Source of the DNA: Planctomycetota bacterium | GTDB lineage: Bacteria; Planctomycetota; UBA1135; GCA-002686595 | Direction of reading: 5' to 3' | Assembly (NCBI GenBank): GCA_002686945.1 | Contig: NYYZ01000044.1 | Location: 18,801-82,800 of the forward strand | Length of the DNA: 64,000 nucleotides | In this document: in pieces, positions 55,248 through 61,808 of the stretch | Layout of the letters: every line of letters begins with the position of its first letter | How positions within the stretch are numbered: the stretch's first letter is position 1 | The notes under the pieces: model-generated | The model's input: only the letters and a program-made list of their open reading frames with translations | Told to the model about the DNA's origin: nothing | Database searches by the model: none | Program-made: the position numbers and the translations under genes

Positions 55248-56630
55248 ATGGCCAGCCAGAAAAGCCCAAGGGGGATCAACCCCAGGCCCACTGCTGGAGA
55301 TGTGCCTAACCTGCTGCGCTTTGCCTGGCCTTCAGTACTCTCTTTTGTGGCGGGCAGTCTCTTCCGGGTCAACGACCAATTCTGGATCCAGCACCTTGGG
55401 CACTCCGCTCAGGAAGCCCTGGGAGCAGTCACTTTCCTGCTGATCTTCGACTTCGCGGCCTATTTCGTTGCCATCGCCGGTTCCATGTCCCTGATCGCCC
55501 GGGCCAGCGGCGCAGGAAAGGAGGGCGCTCGGGATTCCGCCATTCGCCAAGCCCTATTCACCAGTGCCATGATCGGCGCGGTGATTGGTGTCTTGGGCTA
55601 TAGCCTGGCAGTACCTCTGGCAGACCTGCTCAATCTGGCAGAAGCTCAACGTGCGCCCTTCATCGACTATGTGCGCACAATTCACCTCTGGTCGGGAGCC
55701 CTTAGTCTGGCGCCTCTGGTGAGCAACATATTCATCAGCATGGGCGACTCCTCAACGCCGTTCAAGCTGCAGATTGGTTCGGTCGTGGCGAACTTTGTGC
55801 TCAACCCCCTGCTTATCTACGAGTTGGATTGGGGTGCGGAGAACATGATCGCTGGACCGGGAATGGGCATGGCCGGCGCGGCTCACGCCTCGGGCATTTC
55901 ACGGGCCCTGAGCATGAGCGTGGGCCTGATGATCCTGATCTTTCGCGAACGCATCCAGCTGTGGAATCCCAAGGACTTCATGCTGAAACGTGTGATGCCG
56001 ATTCTACGCATCGGCTTTCCATCTGCGGCTTCAATCGGTATCTACTCAGTGGTCTACGCAGCCATCGTGAAACTCGTCATGTCACGGCTTCCGGAAGCCT
56101 CTTTGGGTGGGCTTTCGATTGGCTTCAATGCCTTTGAAGGTGTGGCGTTCCCCTTCTACCTGGGCATCAGTGTGGCGGGCGCTTCCCTTGTCGGACGCAA
56201 CCTGGGCGCCGGTAACCGACTGGAGGCACGACGCACGATTCGAAGCATGCGGCTGATCAACCTTGGTCTTGGACTCTTCTTTACGGCGGTGTTCTTCTTC
56301 GGGGGCCCCGTTCTTGTGCCACTCTTCACGAACGATCCAGATGTGCTGGTCGAGGCAGGTTTGTATGTGACTATCCTGGCGGCCAGTCAGATCTTTGTCG
56401 CCCTCGAAGCAGCCGAAGAGAAGGTTCTATTGGGCATGGGGCACACCCGGCCAATTTTTGCGATTAGCGTACCGGGTAATTTGATCCGCCTGCCCCTTGC
56501 CTGGTTCCTGGCAATCTACCTGGACTGGGGAGCTACTGGAGTCTGGTGGACAATCAACATCTCGACCGCGCTCAAGGCCTTGGCTTTCCACCTGGCCGTA
56601 CGACAACTGGACGAACTCAAGACCGACTAG
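55248..56630 (+). CDS. MATE family efflux transporter
   Basis: There are ~12 TM helices with an internal two-fold repeat. The N-terminus has typical MATE features (PSVLSFVAGSLFRVNDQFWIQHLG). Confidence 0.8.
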   Translation: MASQKSPRGINPRPTAGDVPNLLRFAWPSVLSFVAGSLFRVNDQFWIQHLGHSAQEALGAVTFLLIFDFAAYFVAIAGSMSLIARASGAGKEGARDSAIRQALFTSAMIGAVIGVLGYSLAVPLADLLNLAEAQRAPFIDYVRTIHLWSGALSLAPLVSNIFISMGDSSTPFKLQIGSVVANFVLNPLLIYELDWGAENMIAGPGMGMAGAAHASGISRALSMSVGLMILIFRERIQLWNPKDFMLKRVMPILRIGFPSAASIGIYSVVYAAIVKLVMSRLPEASLGGLSIGFNAFEGVAFPFYLGISVAGASLVGRNLGAGNRLEARRTIRSMRLINLGLGLFFTAVFFFGGPVLVPLFTNDPDVLVEAGLYVTILAASQIFVALEAAEEKVLLGMGHTRPIFAISVPGNLIRLPLAWFLAIYLDWGATGVWWTINISTALKALAFHLAVRQLDELKTD

Positions 56631-56643
56631 CCTGGAATACCCT

Positions 56644-56693
56644 ATTCACCGAACCAGATGAGGGCCTGATTCACCGAACCAGATGAGGGCCTG
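56644..56693. repeat. Perfect 25-bp tandem duplication (2 copies) in the intergenic region upstream of the FabZ-like gene
   Basis: ATTCACCGAACCAGATGAGGGCCTG occurs at 56644-56668 and again, identically, at 56669-56693. The repeat ends 23 nt before ATG 56717. Confidence 0.95.
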
Positions 56694-56716
56694 CGACCGT
56701 ACACTCCCGCCTTGCC

Positions 56717-57205
56717 ATGAATGCCCCCCTGCTTGAAGACCCTCTATCGCTGACCCATGCGGAGCCACTGGCCAGTGGCTCTGATCTCGATAGGATCCTG
56801 CCCCAGGTCAATCGCTTTCGCATGGCCGAGGGCATCTTGCTATCGGACCCGAAGAAGGGGGTCACAGTAGGCTACCGGGACATCCGCGCGGATGACTGGT
56901 GGGCAGACGACCATGTCCCCGGACGGCCCCTCTTCCCGGGAGTGCTGCAATGCGAGCTGGCAGCCCAGATCGCGTCCTATGACATGTTGAGCAATCGCTT
57001 CGACGCGCAGACTGACAGCAACCTCTTCGTGGGGTTGGGCGGACTTGAGGCCGTGCGCTTCCGAGCCCCAGTGGTGCCTGGATGCCGGCTCGTGATGGCG
57101 GTCTTTCTCAAACGCGCCAGGCACAATCTATGCCGCTACGTCTGCCAAGGATATGTGGGTGAAGAAATGGTCTTCGAGGGCCTGATCCTCGGCGTCCGTT
57201 TCTAG
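56717..57205 (+). CDS. Hotdog-fold dehydratase, FabA/FabZ-like
   Basis: DDHVPGRPLFPGVLQCELAAQIASY matches the catalytic-His FabZ-type motif (HFPxxPxxPGVL). The size is ~160 aa. Confidence 0.7.
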   Translation: MNAPLLEDPLSLTHAEPLASGSDLDRILPQVNRFRMAEGILLSDPKKGVTVGYRDIRADDWWADDHVPGRPLFPGVLQCELAAQIASYDMLSNRFDAQTDSNLFVGLGGLEAVRFRAPVVPGCRLVMAVFLKRARHNLCRYVCQGYVGEEMVFEGLILGVRF

Positions 57206-57220
57206 GCCCAGCAGCCGCGC

Positions 57221-58069
57221 TCAAGAGGAAGCCTGATCCAGGCCTGTACCGAATGCGGCGGGTGCCTCCCAGCCAGGATCCGCCGCCATCTCGCCTCCCT
57301 CTGCTTCGAGAATATCGAGTACATCAAGCTCGACGCAGCCACAAGTAACGCCTTTCAGCAGGCCACCCAGGCAAGGATCCGTGCGCCCGTCTTCGCCACT
57401 GATGAATTCCTTGACATAGGTGCCATGTTCGGTCAGGAGCTGCACGCGCAGGGCCGAATCACCCAGCATCTCGATGGACTCCAATTCGATCCAACGCTCC
57501 CGAATCTTGTCCGCCCGTCGATGGGCCACCCTGCTGGGAGTGCGCTGGGCCAGAACAATTCGCTGACCCACAAGAGCGTCCTTCGCCTGGGCGTCAATCT
57601 CTCCCTCGATAGACACATGCACCCCATACCGTTTGGCGTGCTTGCCCTCTTTGATCAACCGCCCCCTCGCCTTCTCGGTCCAATGCAAGCCACTGATTTC
57701 CAGGCGACCCTCGTTGCGGCTATTGACCAATGCCTCGAGCTCAGCTAGATCCGCGTCCGGGTTCGAAGGGTTGATCAGTTCCAAGATGAACGGTCGACCG
57801 CGCCCGAGCATGCGCACGTCCACATCCTCCCGTCCTGCCCCATGGAACTTGTGCTTACGGGTGCCGAATCCCTTGCCCAATACCCACCCCACCAACTCCT
57901 GGACCGAGTCCCGAGTGAGCTTGCCGAAACCTTCGCATTTCTCACAGTTGCGCCGCCGCCGTGGATGGCCCTTGCACTCAGGACAAAAGAACACCGTCTG
58001 GGGAAGATCGCGAGTGAGCTTGCGATAACGCCCCTCGACAAAGATCTTGACTTGGGGCTGATTGGGCAT
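57221..58069 (-). CDS. pus10: Pus10-family tRNA pseudouridine synthase, catalytic domain only (no THUMP N-domain)
   Basis: GRYRKLTRDLPQT, the catalytic GREDVDVRMLGRGRPF, QRTPSRVAHRR, and EHGTYVKEFISGEDGRTDPCLGGLL are collinear with Pus10. CPECKG-x8-CEKCEG is a zinc-ribbon-like insert. ATG 58069 was chosen. Confidence 0.75.
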   Translation of the reverse strand: MPNQPQVKIFVEGRYRKLTRDLPQTVFFCPECKGHPRRRRNCEKCEGFGKLTRDSVQELVGWVLGKGFGTRKHKFHGAGREDVDVRMLGRGRPFILELINPSNPDADLAELEALVNSRNEGRLEISGLHWTEKARGRLIKEGKHAKRYGVHVSIEGEIDAQAKDALVGQRIVLAQRTPSRVAHRRADKIRERWIELESIEMLGDSALRVQLLTEHGTYVKEFISGEDGRTDPCLGGLLKGVTCGCVELDVLDILEAEGGEMAADPGWEAPAAFGTGLDQASS

Positions 58070-58192
58070 GGTGAGTTTCCTGGAGATCCAATGGGGAAGA
58101 CCCGGGAGGATAGCCGCCGGTCCCCCCACCAGTCACCCGAGAACAGATTCCCGGGCAATACTTCCCCTGCAGACTGCTAGGATCCCCGGGGC

Positions 58193-59086
58193 ATGCATCC
58201 GATTCTCCTCGAAATCCCTGGACTGGGCCTGCCCATTCGCTCCTTCGGGGTGATGGTGGTACTGGGCTTTCTGCTGGCCTCCCACCTGTTCACGCGCTGG
58301 TACTTCCAGCGAGCCACGAATGGCGATGAGGACGCCCAGGGCATCGGCGCCCTGCCCCTATGGGTCATGGTCGGCGTAGTTGGCGGCGCACGCGCGGCCT
58401 ATGTGCTGGTGGAATCCCTGCAAGGGACTGAAACCGGTCAGCGCTACCTCAGCGATCCACTCTCGATGCTGTACGTCTGGGAGGGAGGACTGGTGATGTA
58501 CGGGGGCTGCTTCGGAGCGATCTTTGGGGGCTGGTTGTGCGTCAGAAAATATGCCCTGCCTTTCACCCAGATCCTTGACCTGACTTTTATAGGCGCCTTC
58601 TTCGGTCTCAGCATCGGACGCATCGGCTGCCTCCTGGTGGGCGACGACCACGGCAGCATCGTGCCGGACAAATGGAGTCACCTGCCGTTTCCGATCACCG
58701 TGGATGTGCCCAGCCTTGAGTGGCTGAACGCAAACCCGGACAGCCTGTTCCCCCGTGAGCTAGCGGGCCAGACCATCTGGGCCACGCAGCCCTGGATGAC
58801 CATGAACGCTCTTGCCTTGGGAGTCATAGGCCTTTGGTTCCTGCGCCACCGGGCGTACCGGGGACAGGTAGTGCTCCGTCTGCTGGCGCTCTACTCCGTC
58901 GGCCGTTATTGCATCGAGATATTCCGCGGGGACTCGATCCGTGGACTCTGGTTCAAAGACACGATCTCAACCTCCCAACTGGTCTCGATCCTGCTTTTCA
59001 CCTTTTGCGTGAGCATGCTGTTCAAGAACCGCCATCGTCAAGAACCGGAGGGCCTGCCCCAAACTGACCCGGTCGCCAACGACTAG
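58193..59086 (+). CDS. lgt: Prolipoprotein diacylglyceryl transferase
   Basis: IRSFGVMVVLGFL, WEGGLVMYGG, GRIGCLLVGDDHG and YSVGRYCIEIFRGD are present. Confidence 0.9.
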   Translation: MHPILLEIPGLGLPIRSFGVMVVLGFLLASHLFTRWYFQRATNGDEDAQGIGALPLWVMVGVVGGARAAYVLVESLQGTETGQRYLSDPLSMLYVWEGGLVMYGGCFGAIFGGWLCVRKYALPFTQILDLTFIGAFFGLSIGRIGCLLVGDDHGSIVPDKWSHLPFPITVDVPSLEWLNANPDSLFPRELAGQTIWATQPWMTMNALALGVIGLWFLRHRAYRGQVVLRLLALYSVGRYCIEIFRGDSIRGLWFKDTISTSQLVSILLFTFCVSMLFKNRHRQEPEGLPQTDPVAND

Positions 59087-59092
59087 ATCCCC

Positions 59093-60082
59093 ATGCGCCC
59101 GACCCCAGATGGCCCCCGGATTCATGCTGGCATAGATGAAGCTGGCCTGGGCCCCTTGCTCGGCCCCCTTTGCATCGGCTGGTGCGTGACCAGTTCGCCC
59201 TCACAGGCGAAGCACCTCAACCACTGGGATCTCTGGCGCAGTGCGGTTAGTCAGAAGCACCCCCGCAAGCGCGACCTGCTGTACGTGGCGGACTCCAAGC
59301 GCGTGTTTGATGGCAGCTCCAGTAGCCGAGCGAGGCTGGCAGCCACAGCCCTCAGCTTTCTGCGCGCGGCTGGCAACCCGGCAGTCAGCGGCAGGGACCT
59401 CTTGCATAGCCCAGTTCCCCCACTGCGCCCCCGGGAGGAGGGTCCTGCCCCCTGGTTCGGCTCCTGGTTGCTGACTCTGCCCAACGAGGTTCCAGAACAG
59501 CAGCTCAAGCTGCATGCCGCGTCCTTGGAAGCGGCGATGAAATCCTCCGCCTGCCGCGTGCTTGAGGCGGCAGTGCGCATTGCCCCAGCGGGAGAACTCA
59601 ACGCATCTTTCGAGCGCACGCAGAACAAGGCGGTATCCACCTGGGCGCTGGTGGCGCCAATTTTGACCCACCTGTGGCAGATCTATGGGCAGCAACAGGT
59701 GGCCGTCGTGCTAGATCGCCAAGGGGGGCGACGGCACTACGGTGGCCTGCTGGCCCAAGAATTCCCCTTCTGTGAAATACAAACCCTGATCGAATCCAGG
59801 GACATCGCAGAGTACCGAATCTGCGGGGAAAACCGCCGCATGCTGCTCACGGTGCGAACCAAAGCAGAGGATTCAAGCCTGCCCGTGGCGGTGGGCTCCT
59901 GCCTTGCCAAGTACGCTCGAGAGAGCGTCATGGATGCCTTCAACCGCTGGTTCGCTGACCTTCAAGAAGAACTCAAGCCAACCGCCGGCTATGTGACCGA
60001 TGCGCGTCGTTGGCTGCTGGATGCCAGGCCCGCCCTGGCCAAGGCCAAGGTACCCGCTGAGTTACTGATTCGAACCCGCTAG
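59093..60082 (+). CDS. Divergent, elongated RNase HII-family (RNase H2 fold) protein (329 aa)
   Basis: GIDEAGLGPLLGPL (the DEAG motif), VADSKRV (the DSK motif), and KAEDSSLPVAVGSCLAKYARE (the AD...VAAASI.AK.R motif) are present. Extra sequence of >100 aa separates the motifs. Confidence 0.55.
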   Translation: MRPTPDGPRIHAGIDEAGLGPLLGPLCIGWCVTSSPSQAKHLNHWDLWRSAVSQKHPRKRDLLYVADSKRVFDGSSSSRARLAATALSFLRAAGNPAVSGRDLLHSPVPPLRPREEGPAPWFGSWLLTLPNEVPEQQLKLHAASLEAAMKSSACRVLEAAVRIAPAGELNASFERTQNKAVSTWALVAPILTHLWQIYGQQQVAVVLDRQGGRRHYGGLLAQEFPFCEIQTLIESRDIAEYRICGENRRMLLTVRTKAEDSSLPVAVGSCLAKYARESVMDAFNRWFADLQEELKPTAGYVTDARRWLLDARPALAKAKVPAELLIRTR

Positions 60083-60122
60083 CCCTGGAGTGTCTTGGAC
60101 CCCGGCGCCCCTGGACCGTAGG

Positions 60123-61514
60123 ATGCCTACGGCTCCTGCCACTCCCCGAAAGACCACCCAGAAGACTGCAACAAGAGATCACACCGTGAAGACCGCCATC
60201 CTAGGAGCCGGAGTCTCCGGTCTTTCCCTCGCGCGGGCGCTGGTGGAAGGCGGGCTCGATGCGGCGGACATCACGCTCTTCGAGGCCGCGCCGGTCGCTG
60301 GCGGCCTCTGCCGCTCGAAGGTCATCGATGGATTCACTTATGATCTGGCCGGAGGTCATATCCTGTTCTCGAAGCAGCAGGAAATCCTGGATTGGATGCT
60401 GACCGCGGGAGGTGGGCCAGAGGCTTTTGAAAAACGCCAACGCAACACAGCAATTCGATTCGAGGATCGCTGGGTACGCTACCCCTTCGAGAATGGCATC
60501 GGGGATCTGCCGGACCAGGCAAACTATGAGTGTCTTGTGGGCTATGTACACGCCTGGCACCAACGCAAATTGACAGGCTCCGAAGCCCCGGCGGATTTCG
60601 CAGCCTGGATCAGGTGGCGCTTTGGCGAAGGCATCGCCAGGCATTTCATGGATCCCTACAACGAAAAGATCTGGAAGCGCCCCCTGGAACAGATCACCAG
60701 CGAATGGGTCGCCGGTCGGGTGCCCGACGCCCCCATCGAAGATGTGCTGCGGGCAGCCGTGGGCATTCGCACGGAGGGCTATGTGCACCAGTCGGTGTTC
60801 CGGTACCCCAAACAAGGCGGTTTTCAGGCGATCACGGATGGCATGGCAGCGGACTTGAAAGAGCGCATCCGCCTCTCTACTCCCGTGGACAGAGTTACGC
60901 GCAAAGGCGAAGGCTGGTCGGTACACGGGGAAGAATACGACCAGGTAGTGCTGACGACTCCCCTGGATCTCGCAGCCGAGTTGGTTGAAGGAGTGCCCCC
61001 CGATGTGAGAGCCGCCATGGAAGGCTTGGAGTACAACGGACTAGTTAGTTTCCTGGTGGCCTTGGACACCCCGGAACAACCAGACCTCTCTTGGTGCTAC
61101 CTGCCGCACCCCAACCAAGGACCCGCCAACCGAGTTACTTGGATGTCAAACTACTCCCAAAATGGCGCTCCCGAAGGTAGGAGTTCGCTATTGGTGGAAA
61201 TCACCTGTTCAGGTCGAGAGGGCCAGCCGGAGCAGAAATTGGAAGAAACAACGCTCCTCGGCTTGGAAAATGCAGGCCTTCTAACGCGCGGTCAAGTGCT
61301 TTTCACGGACCGCAGCGATGTGAAGAGAGCCTATGTGGTCTATGTCCACGGCCACGAAACCCGTCGTAGGAAGGCCCTGGAGTGGCTTGAGGGCCAGGGC
61401 TTGGTCCCCCTGGGGCGTTTCGGACGATTCGAGTACGACAACTCGGACCAATGTGTAGAGAAAGCCCAATGTCTTGCGAAGAGACTGCTTAGGGCCGACA
61501 ATCTCCCTGCGTGA
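60123..61514 (+). CDS. FAD/NAD(P)-binding oxidoreductase (amine-oxidase / protoporphyrinogen-oxidase-like fold)
   Basis: A Rossmann dinucleotide motif (KTAILGAGVSGLSLAR) is present, with a C-terminal LGRFGRFEYDNSDQ. The start is ATG 60123 (GTG 60090 is the alternative). Confidence 0.7.
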   Translation: MPTAPATPRKTTQKTATRDHTVKTAILGAGVSGLSLARALVEGGLDAADITLFEAAPVAGGLCRSKVIDGFTYDLAGGHILFSKQQEILDWMLTAGGGPEAFEKRQRNTAIRFEDRWVRYPFENGIGDLPDQANYECLVGYVHAWHQRKLTGSEAPADFAAWIRWRFGEGIARHFMDPYNEKIWKRPLEQITSEWVAGRVPDAPIEDVLRAAVGIRTEGYVHQSVFRYPKQGGFQAITDGMAADLKERIRLSTPVDRVTRKGEGWSVHGEEYDQVVLTTPLDLAAELVEGVPPDVRAAMEGLEYNGLVSFLVALDTPEQPDLSWCYLPHPNQGPANRVTWMSNYSQNGAPEGRSSLLVEITCSGREGQPEQKLEETTLLGLENAGLLTRGQVLFTDRSDVKRAYVVYVHGHETRRRKALEWLEGQGLVPLGRFGRFEYDNSDQCVEKAQCLAKRLLRADNLPA

Positions 61515-61582
61515 CACGCCCTGCGTCAGTTTGAGACCGAAGTGCATCACTGCGGGTTTCTGATTCGCATTGTGCATCAGCT

Positions 61583-61598
61583 TGGAGCAATTCTTGCG
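61583..61598 (+). promoter_or_regulatory. Candidate sigma-54 promoter upstream of the lactonase-like lipoprotein gene
   Basis: TGGAGCA-attc-TTGCG, compared with TGGCACG-N4-TTGCW, has correct spacing. It lies 160-210 nt upstream of the candidate starts at 61761 and 61809, inside a ~250-nt intergenic region. Confidence 0.25.
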
Positions 61599-61808
61599 TC
61601 TCGGAGCGGAGCAGGGCCGTTTCACTTTGGTCCGTTCTTATTATCGATCCCGGTTGGAAGATGCTCCGCGGCCTCATCCAGCCCCAATCCACACTCCCTT
61701 TTTTTCACCGCGGGTCGGGTTCAGCGAACCCAACCTCACCAGACGCCTCTGAGGTGTTCCGTGTCGTATCCAATCACTATCGCCGCCACTCCCAATTTTC
61801 CGCGAACA

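Noticed and set aside
56658-56669. Mini-ORF ATG-AGG-GCC-TGA created inside the 25-bp tandem repeat.
   Set aside because: It has three codons, no RBS, and the second copy lacks the stop. This is most likely coincidental.
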